NCBI GenBank assembly: GCA_013265495.1
Contig: MU060042.1
Span: 5,328,258 to 5,392,257, forward strand
Origin: Vicugna vicugna
Taxonomy: Eukaryota
Reading direction: 5' to 3'
Length of the DNA: 64,000 bases
The notes beneath the pieces were generated by a model. The model made no database searches, was not told the origin of the DNA, and saw nothing but the letters and a program-made list of their open reading frames with translations. The translations under genes were made by a program, and so were the position numbers. This document shows, one piece after another, positions 11,895 through 22,660 of the stretch (the stretch's first letter is position 1; every line of letters begins with the position of its first letter).

Positions 11895-13541
11895 GTGGAG
11901 TTTTCATTTTGTGTTACTGTCAAGACAGCATCGCGCTCTGGAAGTTTCATGTTTACTCCCCATCCTGGTTCCCCCTGGGGTCTGGGGTCACCCCGTTATG
12001 AAGACCCTGCTCTCATGCAACCCCAGTTTTGGGAAATCTTGCTGATGCTGGGGCGACGGGTGCTTCTCTGCCTCTTGGAAGCTCCGTGGCTTGTGCTGGG
12101 AGCCAGTGCTGGCGATCGGGTCATCGGAGAGGGGGCAGCTGCGTCCCACCAGCAGGGCTGCGGGACAGAAGCAGAGGAAGACTCAAGGCAGGCTCCAGGA
12201 GAAAAGTTCTGCTTTGTCTCAGGTTAAAATCAGTTTTGATGCTTCAGACCCGCCTAACAAAGAATTTAATGCTCCCCACACAGCTGGTGAAAAAGACAGT
12301 GTTCCAGCCAGAGGCACTGATGCTGGGGGCCCTGGAATTCGGTGTGGACGTTGACTGTCTTTGAAAACCCTTCACTTATGGGGTTCTTCACCCAGTAGAA
12401 GGGGCACACCCTTCCAGTGTTCATCCAAATTACATTTTTCCCTCATTAAGTCCAATTGTGTTTTTTGTTCCTCCCAGGAAGAGAAGAAGGATATAGACAC
12501 TGTTTCTGCCTGACATTCTTTATGGACCGAGAGAACTCGGCACACTGATTTTTTTTTCTTTCTTCCATTATCTGGCAGGATTGAGTCCACGTGCGCACGA
12601 CCTAGCAAGGCTGGTCCCCCGAGAGGGAGATGGTGTCCGCACGTCCCGCGTGGGGGACATCACGTGCAGCAGACCTTTCCAGTGCGAGTTACTGCTTTGG
12701 AGGAAATAGTGGGCGTTAAAAGAACTTGTAGGATATTTGCTAATCAGGCGAGTTGTCTGGTGGAGCCTCCCACCTGCTGTGTGCAAGTTTCTGCGGCCAC
12801 ACCTGCAGCCCTTGGTGTCAGGCTGTTAAGGATCCAATTTTTTTTAATGAACATTTAATTAATATTAATGTTATGCTAACAAAATACATTGATTAAATAA
12901 CTCCTGTAATTCATTAGCTATCTTGCTGGAAAGTGGTTAAATATAGGTACCGTGAAAACCCCCTTGCAAGTTCCAGAGCGGTAGAGAAATTGAAAATTGG
13001 GAGAACACAGTCCACTGAGCACACCAGCGTGGCCAGGACCGTGCGTCTGTGCTTAGGAAACACCTGTGACCCTTGTTCATCGAAGGATCAGTTTCAATAT
13101 GTCACGAATTTAATTCTGGGTCATTGTGGCTTTTTATAGATACCGTATGCTCTGTAATAGGTCCCAGGCAGTGAGATGAGCCGACGTATTCCAGGTGGTG
13201 AGATTTGCAGTTGCGAGGGTAATAGAGTAAACGCGGCTGAGAGCATCCCGCGTTTAGGCAGAGCTCAGCCTTTGTCTCCGTAAGTGTGTCTGCCAGCCTC
13301 TTCACGGAGGGTTTGCTCCGCCACTGTACTGAATACATGGGCAATTATTCTCAAACAGCAGGGACCCTCTGAAGGCTCCTCTGGGGCCCCGGGATGTATC
13401 TCTGAGGTCCCCTCTCTCCTGACGGGTGGCGGGCGCCCATCTCCGGACGCCTGCCGCCCGCGGTGACGCGGAAAAGGTCTAGAACCTCGGCCACTCAGCT
13501 CTCAGGGTCCTCACAGGAGCTCCAGTACTGGGGAAGTTATT

Positions 13542-13737
13542 NNNNNNNNNNNNNNNNNNNNNNNNNNNNNNNNNNNNNNNNNNNNNNNNNNNNNNNNNNN
13601 NNNNNNNNNNNNNNNNNNNNNNNNNNNNNNNNNNNNNNNNNNNNNNNNNNNNNNNNNNNNNNNNNNNNNNNNNNNNNNNNNNNNNNNNNNNNNNNNNNNN
13701 NNNNNNNNNNNNNNNNNNNNNNNNNNNNNNNNNNNNN
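13542..13737. other. Assembly gap (196 N)
   Basis: Run of N. Confidence 1.
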
Positions 13738-16189
13738 AGTCATATGAGTGTAGATACAAGCAGTTTGACTTAATGAATTAATAAGATATTTCCTTTCTTA
13801 GAGGTTTTTCAATTGTCTTCCTAATCGGAAGTCCCCTTTAATGTTCCTTTCTGGTTAAAATGTTTAATAAATGGCAGGGCAACCTGGCGATGGGTGCAGC
13901 ACGCGGCCCCGGCGCACACGCATCTCCGGGCTCCGGAGGGCTTGTCACTCGCCATGGCGCGCGCGTCACCAGGCGTGGCCGGGGGGACAGGAGACGCGGG
14001 GCAGGCTACTGGCATCACTCCACTTCTCCCAGACCCCATCCACAAACTGGGGTTAAGTGAGGAAGTGTCCCTCACTTCTCCACAAAAACCACGCACGCTT
14101 TCTCCCGATTAATACGTCTTCTTTTCTACATCCACACCTTCTAAGAAGACGCTCTCTGAAGTCCGGATTAATGAAGTTCAAATAAGTTGAAAATCCTCTT
14201 TCTTTCTGCCTGTTCGTGTTGCAAGCTGAATGCAACATTATAAAATGGCCTAAGACACAGTGCTCTGATACTCGGGCCACGAAGATGCACCCAGCGTGGT
14301 GGGGTCAAAGGGTTGGGTCATTTTTAAGGGTAAACATCACCCAGGGGACAGAAAGGTGCGTCCCTTGTTTAAACAGTGTTTAGAGACAATTCTCTCTCTT
14401 ACGCACTGTGTTTTCTTACCTGGCCTCCTGGAACTCGGGCTGTTTGCGGTGTAGGTGTCTGGGTCTCGGCACAGGCACTTACTCCAAGGCATCTCTCTGC
14501 ACGGAATTTGAGGGATACGTTTATGACACAAATTTGTACGAGCGCACGTTGCCGAGGCTTTGGGTTGGACCTTCGCCACAGCGTAGGGGGAGGGCCATGC
14601 TGTCGTCCCCGCCCCCCAGCGAAGGCTGAGGGGGGCGCCTCATCCTGCAGGTGCTGGTCCAAGCCTGTGTTCATCACGTAAACGGGAAAAGATAAAGACA
14701 TTGAGAAGGAAGGGAAAGAGTGCGTGTGGATGAATGAAGTCGACAGTCGTTTGACTCTGGTCCCACCGGAAGGAGTGGAATATGGCCTCATCCTTGTGAC
14801 TTGAAACTAAGACTCTTAGCGGCTGAGCAGGTGGTCCAGGCTGAGGTGGACAGACCTGGTGTCCAGCTCTCAGCCAAACTCTTAACAGGGGACTTCTTGG
14901 GGGCACAGCAGGGCTGTTGGGATTTCTCCCCCAGGCTGAGAGCTGGGTCTCGGGCACCAAGCCGAGCCTGAGGCTTGAGAAGCGGTCACTCAAAGCCCGA
15001 CCGTGTTCTGTGGTTCCCGCGAGGAGGAGTCCAGCTGAAGGAACTACACCTAGAAACCCGGGGCAAAGCCCTGCAGGCTTCAGAGAGCACAGACAGAAGC
15101 AAGGACCCTGAGACCCAGCACCTGCTCCTTCCCGACGGCCCTGGCTTCCTGCTCTGCGGGGCGTGGGCCGCGGCCAGGCTGAGGTGCAGGGTCAGGGCCA
15201 CGCGCCCCATGCCGGTGTGCCTGGCGCACCGGAGGCCTGGAATAGCATGTCTGCAGCGCCTCTGCCGAAATGGGGCTGCAACACCGGCCAGGACCACATG
15301 CACCTCTGCAGGGTCGTCGTCCATCACGAGGGACTCGGGAAAGCCAGGACCAGAGGGCGGGGAGGACAGTCTCCAGGCCGCTCCCTCAGGTCCTCTGGCA
15401 GCTGGGCGGAGCCCGAGCTTTCTGTGACCCGTAGGAACGTCTCCTTGACCTCATGCTCGGCGCTGGCTGTCCCTCTGTGTCGGGATGACCTGTTTGTCAC
15501 CCATGATCCAGGTCGTGCATGTGGCTGTCTGCTGTGCGCAAACTCAGCGGACGGCTGTTCCACACTTATTAAGTTCTAGGTCCACACAAAGCAGAAATTC
15601 AGGAAAAGGGCCCCCACCCAGGCTCTGGTTTATAGAGATAGTCCTGCCTCTTGTCTGTGAATGTGTCTCTTCCCCTTTGTTCTCAGCTTCGGAAGCCAGA
15701 GGGACTGGGAGTCAACCACCCCAGTTCCGCGTCTGCAGAGCTGGGCTCGCTGTGCCCAGGAACACATCACAGCTGGGGACACATGTGTGAGTGTTAGACG
15801 AAAGCCACAGCGAGGGCCCCCAGCCCACCCCCAGCCCGGCTGCCCCACCGCGATGAGAGGTTTTCTCTCTTACTGGCCATCAGAGGATTTCAATTTAAGT
15901 AGGTACAGCAGATGTGTGTTGTCGTTACTAAAACGGAAAGTGCACGTGAAACTTCAGAACCACTGGGGTACCTGGAGCCGGAGCCACAGCGCCGAGTGGC
16001 CCCTGCAGTGAGCTGGTCTCTGTGCTCCGCCCTTGGTGCCAGAGGACGCTGGCAGGGCTGCGTCTCTTCGGGAGACATGCAGGTAGCCACAGGTAAAGTC
16101 ACGCCTGCAGAATTCAAGCATCACTGTGAGAGAAGAATTATTTCGAGCCGATTAAGATGATTTTTGAGATTTCTTAGGGAACTTTAGGA

Positions 16190-16800
16190 AAACTGCGAAC
16201 TTGCATCCACAGTGACTTTCAGCATATTGTCAGAGGAAGGAGAGAGAGAGAGGAACCAACCAAGAACCAAAAACAACCCGAGTGATATAGTGGGAATAAC
16301 ATTGCTCTTGTCCGATCATTTTCAAACACGCCATTAACTAAAGTACAAGCAGCCTCCGATGGGACCTCTGCTCCTGCGCTGTGGCCAGTCGATCAATTTT
16401 ATTTCCATCCTCCCATTGAGAGCCGGGCTGACACCGGCGCAGAAATGTATTTCATCCTGATTTAGTAAATTTCATCTGTCCATCTCCGTTATTCACTCGG
16501 ATGCTCCGCATACATCTTTCCTCGGCCGTTTGCTCCCTAATTGAAGAGGTGGCCACACGGGTGGGTCCGCAGGCTCGGTGATGGGCTGTCTCTGGCCCTT
16601 GATCGACTATATATGAAGCCGGCTTTTAAAACACACAACAGCCCCTCCTCTGACCAGGACAACACTTGTTATTAATGAAAAGCATGGCTTCCAGGCACTG
16701 GAAGGCAATCTAATCAAACAGCAAGATTTCCATAAAATGAGTTTGAAATCAATTGGTCAATACAGAAGCCACGTAAGAAGATGTAAGTATGATAAACTGT
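16190..16800. promoter_or_regulatory. Candidate conserved non-coding (enhancer-like) block
   Basis: Non-repetitive and more AT-rich than its flanks. Contains many TAAT/ATTA, ATCAAT and CCATAAAA motifs and no credible ORF. Conservation is inferred, not measured. Confidence 0.4.
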
Positions 16801-17881
16801 GATCCAGCCAAAGACAGTGGCAAGCGTGCGTGCGTGCGGCTTCTGTCACAGACGCGACAGGCTCTGTGCAGCTCGAGTTCCTGCAGCCGCTGTGATCGGG
16901 AGCGACGCGCCTTCTCTCAGAAAGCAGGGGTCCTGATGACTGTCCCAGGCAAAACCTCGGTCACAGGCATCCCCCCCCGAGGACACCTTCCGACCGTGCC
17001 GCGCAGGAGCTGCGAGCAGGGGGCTCAGGACGCCCGGGGTCCAGGGTCCCACCTGAGCAGCAGGCGACTCCTGCCGTCGCCTGTCCACAGGAGCCCCGAC
17101 GCTGACCCTCGGGGACTGTCCGCGGAGCCGGAGGACCGAGTCCTTTGAGGTCCCCGTCCACACGTCACCCTCTGTGAACATGGAACACACACGCCTACTT
17201 TCTATGAGCTACTTGGGCCACAAGGAAAGACAAACGCGTCAGATATTTGTATCACATTTCCTTTTGCCTCTTAAATCTAGAACTCTTTGTAAAAGGGAGG
17301 AAATTGATTAAAAACATTGATGGCGAAAGGTATCAATAATGCACGCAGTCCGTAATATCTCAGTGTGGTGAGGGGACCCTCGCACGGGGAGGCAGGAGCC
17401 AGCGCTCGGGGACACTTGCTCCTCACCCTCACCGACCCCCGATAGTCCACGTCTCCTGAGCTGGCCCCGCCCAACGTGTGTTTGTAACAGTTCAGCTTGT
17501 TCTGCATGAAACCTCAAGTGTTGAAGACGCGTATTCTGTTTTAGTGGAAATCAGTTTCTCCCCGGATTAATAGATAAATGAAGCTGACATTGTTGAAACA
17601 TTCACAACAGGTTTAATTTATACAGTGGTGACTTAGCTCTTAGTAATTCTCCTCATAACACCTGTGTTGTGGGTTCTGTTTATTTAGGGTCCAGCTCCTG
17701 CCGGCTCTGGTCTTCGCCACATCCGTCCTGCAGGAGTTTAAACCCCAGGGGCAGCAGGGTCCCAGCCCACCCAGTCGGGGTGTCCGTCCAGCCTCGGTTC
17801 CGCCTGGGCGTCTAGAACCCAGCAGCCTCCGTTGATCCTCTCAGGATCAGCGCCCTTCTCTTACCCCCACTCTGTGTGTTA

Positions 17882-17883
<2 letters not shown>

Positions 17884-17914
<31 letters not shown>
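17884..17914. repeat. (GT)n microsatellite, about 15 units
   Basis: Perfect GT run of 31 bp, followed by a CA/CG-rich tract at ~17931-17968. Confidence 0.95.
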
Positions 17915-17915
<1 letters not shown>

Positions 17916-18262
17916 ACCTGCCCGCCTGCCTGCACACACGCCACACACACACGCGCGCACGCGTGTGCCAGGTGTTTCATGCTAGAGGGTAGTTTCCAGT
18001 GTCTGCTCGCTCTGCCTGCAGTGGGCTGGACTTCCATTCTTATATGTTTCAGTTTTATAAGGTGAGACCACATCTATCTTGCAGGTGTTTTTGTTTCTTT
18101 GTTTATGTAAATCCTGTAGCTGACATCTTAACATTTTACAAACCCTTTTTGGATCTAATTATTTTGTGCCATTATCCCTTCAACAGTCATGTTACAAGAA
18201 GCAAGTTGTGACTGTACGGAAATGGATGTTCCTAGACCCACGGTGGGGATCATCCCACAATA

Positions 18263-18742
18263 CGCACGGTGTCCGACTTCGCAGTGTTGTGATATAGGGT
18301 TTTCAGACTTCAGGACGGTGGGGAGGGACACACATCTGGCCGTAGCTGAACTCCGAGTTTTGAATTTTGCTTTTCTCCCAGGCTGGTGATGTGGGTCTGC
18401 TCGTCTCCCATGACGCTGGACGGAGGTTCCCAGCCACCACGCGGAGGAGCAGCCGATGCACTGACAACAGCTCTCCACCCAGACAAGCGGTGTGTTTGCA
18501 CTTCTGGTACAGGATCAGCAAATCATATGGTACATTCAACACTTCAGTCTAGAGCAGGCTTTATGTTAGAAGGTCCTCCCCGAGGAGGTGAACGCAAGTG
18601 TTCTGAGCGTGTTTAAGGCGGGCCAGGCTAAGCTAGGGTGTTCAGCAGGCTAGGTGTATAAATGCATTTTCAAATTAATGGTATTTTCAGCTTATAATGG
18701 GTTTATTGGGACAGAACCTCATCACAAATCAAGGAAGATCTG
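18263..18742 (-). mobile_element. MER47/Tigger5-family non-autonomous TcMar-Tigger DNA transposon, apparently full length
   Basis: Left end CGCACGGTGTCCGACTT resembles CAGACGGTCCCCGACTT, and right end CCTCATCACAAATCAAGGAAGATCTG resembles CCCATCGTAAGTCGAGGAGCATCTG. Internal GTGTTCTGAGCGTGTTTAAGG...GCTAGGTGTATAAATGCATTTTC matches the remembered MER47 consensus. TA flanks both ends (18261-62, 18743-44). Confidence 0.8.
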
Positions 18743-19885
18743 TATACACAAGTATCAAGCTGCTATGTTGTGCCCGACACTCAAGGAAAGTCATATGTCA
18801 GTTACACCTTGACTGAAAAAGAAAAACATCCTGAATGTCTGCTGGCCTCCAGGTACCGCGTGAACCAGGTGCTGAGATCAACCAGGCATTGGTCAGAGAA
18901 CGAATGTGGGTGAGGACTCTGCTCAGCCCCAGAGCCGTGGGAAGAGGTGAGCGTGAGCTGCTGAAGTTTACCCAAGAAGTGAAACAGATGCAGACGTCCC
19001 TGCGGGGGGCCGGTGGGGCAGGCTGGTGGACGGGGCAGGCTGGAGCCAGACCGAGTGCTCTGGGGTCCAGGCCCCGGAGGGGAAGACAGCCTGCGGCTGC
19101 CATCACACCCTCCACTTGGAACCAGTCTCCTCCCGTGTTATAAACGCCAGGTCCCCAAGGGTCCACTCGTGGTCGGTGTCTCTTCCAGCCACGCCCCTCC
19201 CTGGGCGCCCCCGGGAGCCCCCTGGTTTCGCAGCCTCGCCCGGCTGAGGGCGCCTGGCCTTTCGTGCAGCTCCAGCTGAGCATCCATCCAGTACCTCAAG
19301 CTACGCGTCTGGTCCCTGCGAGCCTCCTTCCCTCGGTGTTTGGAGAACTTGGTGGGCTGTGTCAGTCCCCCAGCCCTGAGACCGAAAGCCAGGGAGCTGT
19401 TTTGGAGCAAACCGCTTCCCACGGGCATCACGTCCCGAGGACCTCCGCGGTGTCCCCGCGCTCCGAAGCTGGCCGCCGCAGGGGGCCGTCAGCAGGGAAA
19501 CAACACTGAACGTTGCATTTCTGAGCTAGAAAAACCTGCAGCATTGAGATATAAATGTTTTAAACTGCCAGGCTGAGCCACAGGAAACAGCTCTTCGGAC
19601 AGGGCGGAGGCGGCCGGCAATGTCGGTCAGAATACTCGCAGCTCCCCACGTTTCAGCGACCCGGGTGTGACAGTCTGTCCCTCTCGTAGTCACTGCTTCC
19701 GGTTTTCTAACTGAAACCCCAGGAGGAAGCTGTCCTTCACGTGTGATGCCCAGCTAGCCGTCTTGTTATGGACGGCCGTGGCCCTTGGGGATAAAACCGC
19801 CTTTGGCTGCTTTACCGGGATGTGCACGGTTTTGTCAGAAAGTGACCCTGGTTCCTTGCACTGGGTGTGTTGTTTCTCAAGAAGC

Positions 19886-20170
19886 TTTTCTTTTTTTTCT
19901 TTTTTCTTTTAAAATTTTTATTGAAAGGTAGTTGATTGGCAGCGTTAGATTCAGCTGTTCAGCAAAGCGACTCATTGACACCTACACAAGCATATTTTTT
20001 CTCTTCAGCGCCTTCTCCATCGTATGTCATTACAAGAAGTTGAACACAGCTCCCTGTGCTGCAAGGTCCTCACTGCAGATCTGTTTTTATGCGGTAACGT
20101 GTCTGTCGAAACGCTTCTCTGTCTCTGCCCCTCGCGTGGATGTCCCCGTCCGTGCTCACAGTCTGCACTA
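19886..20170 (-). mobile_element. 5'-truncated L1 3' end, antisense, diverged
   Basis: Poly-T tract, then TTTATTGAAAGGTAGTTGATT...CAGCAAAGCGACTCATT...TTACAAGAAGTTGAACACAGCTCCCTGTGCT, the reverse complement of the same L1 tail as 3271 and 44834. Confidence 0.8.
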
Positions 20171-21390
20171 AGGAAAGAGATCCTGCGAGGACTCAGAACA
20201 ACAGGAACATGGCGAATCAGCGAACAGCCCCGTTCCTCTGAGTTCTTATCACTCACCTCAATCTATTCTAAAAATAAGGGACTTGTCAGGACTAATGATA
20301 AAGGCAGAGTTTTAGAGAAATAAAGAGAGCTGAACTGACACAAACATAATAACGTCAAGATATAAATCACGGCGCCCTGCTGCCGGTTCATTATCTTCCT
20401 CAGAGGATTACGCGGAGATTCTGCCCGCGTGCGCCCGCACCGCAGTGTCAAAAATGGACAGTCGCTGCTCAGAGCGCGTCAGACGTTGCATGCTCCTGTT
20501 TGGGGCACTTTGAAAAATTACATTTGCTGTATGAATATTTATATATATTTTTTCCTTTTAGGGAAAATAAGCCATGACTCAAATTGGAATAACAATGAAT
20601 GGAATTAGAGGAAAAATAAATTCTTAAGCAGATAAGCAAAAGCTTAAATACATCATGATTAAACCATATGTCTCGTACCATCATCTCTTAAGTACTACAA
20701 ATCTTTACAGACGTACAGACCCTGGGATTCCAGGGAACAAGTGGCTTCTTTCTCCTCTGTGACAGTCACGTTTTTCCAAGTCTTGAAAATGGAAAATGTT
20801 TTATTTTATGAATATTAAAATTCCTTCAACAAAGGAACTTAAAGCCTGAAACTTAAGAAATGTTCTCCCTTTTTTTTTCTACAGATTATGTTTATTTAAT
20901 ACTTGGGGTACTAACCCACTTGTAAATTCTCATTTAGCTAACATTTTTCTGAACTTTTTCCACTACCCAGTGTTGGGCTAATTGAATAGAAAAGACAAAG
21001 AAATCAGAATAGTTTCTGCTGACGTCAAAGAGTTTCTATGTTAAAAAAAAAAAAAAAAGGTCTAAAATGTTCAGGAGCTTTAACTATTCTGCCTGCAGAC
21101 TTTCTTGAAAGTGAGAAAATATTTCTTTCCTCTTTCGTGTTTTGTCCCCAAATTTAAAAATACAGCCCTAGTCTGAAGCTGGTCAGGCAGCTACCCCGTC
21201 TTAGACAACAGCACCAGATTGCGTGAGTGACACCAAGACTGTCGCAGGCTGTTGCCTGGCTGAGTCTTTCAGGATCTGTGGAAACCCAGTGACCTCGGAA
21301 ATAATCTGAAATGTCCGTGAGACTCTGGGCCGTTAGACACGGGTATTTGGTGGGGTGTGTTTTGCTGCTAGCAAGAGAAAATTTCAGCAT

Positions 21391-21567
21391 CGTAGTAGTT
21401 TTTTCAATATTTTACCTATTTATTATTGTATTAATTATTTTTTATTTGGGAGGAGGTAATTAGGTTTCTTATTTTTAGAGGCGGTGCTGGGGATCGAACC
21501 CAGGACCTTTTGCATGTGAAGCACATGCTCTGCCCCTGAGCTGTACCTTCCCCACCGTAGTAGGTTT
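21391..21567 (-). mobile_element. Camelid vic-1-like tRNA-derived SINE, full length, with TSD
   Basis: GGAGGTAATTAGGTTT...GGTGCTGGGGATCGAACCCAGGACC...CTGAGCTGTACCTTCCCC is the reverse complement of the SINE head, B-box and CCTAATTACCTCC tail. Flanking repeat CGTAGTAGTTT (21391) / CGTAGTAGGTTT (21556). Confidence 0.85.
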
Positions 21568-22369
21568 AAATTTTGAAGATAAAATTTTTTGAGAGACATG
21601 TGGATATTTCATGAATATTATTGTGTATTTATTTATGAAGTGCCTTGTATAGGCCAAGGGGGTGTTTATTGTGCGTGATTGCGGCGTGACCGTGCGTGTG
21701 CTTAAACGCTTGTCCCTGCGCACCTGGCGCTGCCACAACAGAAGGAAGGGAGCCCGGCGGCTTTGCTGGCACTGCCGGTGGCTGTCCCTCTCCGTGCTCG
21801 CTCCCGCACGGCTGTCACACGGCGGTGCACAGGGGCCGCGCAGGCACGGGCGACACCCAGACGGTTCCAAGGTGAGTGGACTGGGGGTGCTGCCCGCGTT
21901 GGGCATCGCTGCCCCCAGGTACGTAACACACATTCCCCTGCTCTGTCACTGGGTTGGCACCAGTTCGTTGTTTTCTAACTGATGGTAATGCAAACAGTTC
22001 ATGTGTCAGAATTTTCCCAGGGGTTATGGAGGAGATGCTCTCGGGGGGCTTGTGCAGCCGCTGATAATTAGACATCAGCCCTTGGGTTGTTGACTACTTT
22101 TGTTTCTGCACGCAGGGAAAAAACCAAACAAAGCACCTGGCTGTGTTAAAAAGAAAAAAAAAGAAGAAAGAGAGAAAAAGGAAATAAAACCTGGGTGTTT
22201 ACACAAAAAGCATGTGCAACGTAAACCCACACACACCTGCCCACACTCCCACCCCAACACAAGGCACCGCACACACACGCAGACACACACTCCTTTGTTG
22301 TGAACCCCGGATTACCACGTGGGAACTGAAACAGTTTACACAACTCAAAACTGGAAGCAAGAAGACCAG

Positions 22370-22660
22370 CTTTACGACGTATCTACTTCCGCGGACAAGG
22401 CCGGCTCCTCGGCTCGGTAGTAAGTCGCCAGGTGCGCGTCCGCACGCGTCACGGCGTCGGGGCCGGCTCCTCCCGCCTGCGCAGGGCGCGTCCTGCCACC
22501 GGCTCAGCTACGAAGCGCGGCTGCGGGGTTATTCATTGGCTCAGCCACATCCGCTCACTTATGAAATGACTGTTCACACGGGGTCTGACGGCCAGCCTCG
22601 CCGACGGGCTCGTTGGGGAGGTGACGTGGCTCCCCGCTGCCTTCGGAACCAGGGGAGGCG
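22370..22660. promoter_or_regulatory. CpG-rich promoter/enhancer-like patch
   Basis: High CpG density. ETS-like ACTTCCG at 22385-22391, inverted CCAAT box ATTGG at 22535-22539, TGACGTGG at 22622-22629. Confidence 0.4.

Noticed and set aside
12223-12354. Acceptor-like TTCTGCTTTGTCTCAG followed by open frame VKISFDASDPPNKEFNAPHT
   Set aside because: No good matching donor and the peptide is not recognised. Similar isolated acceptors (20884, 29681, 50912) were also left uncalled.
20170-20215. Possible third inverted segment at the 5' end of the antisense L1 tail
   Set aside because: Similarity to the upstream L1 consensus is too weak to judge by eye and no TSD was found.
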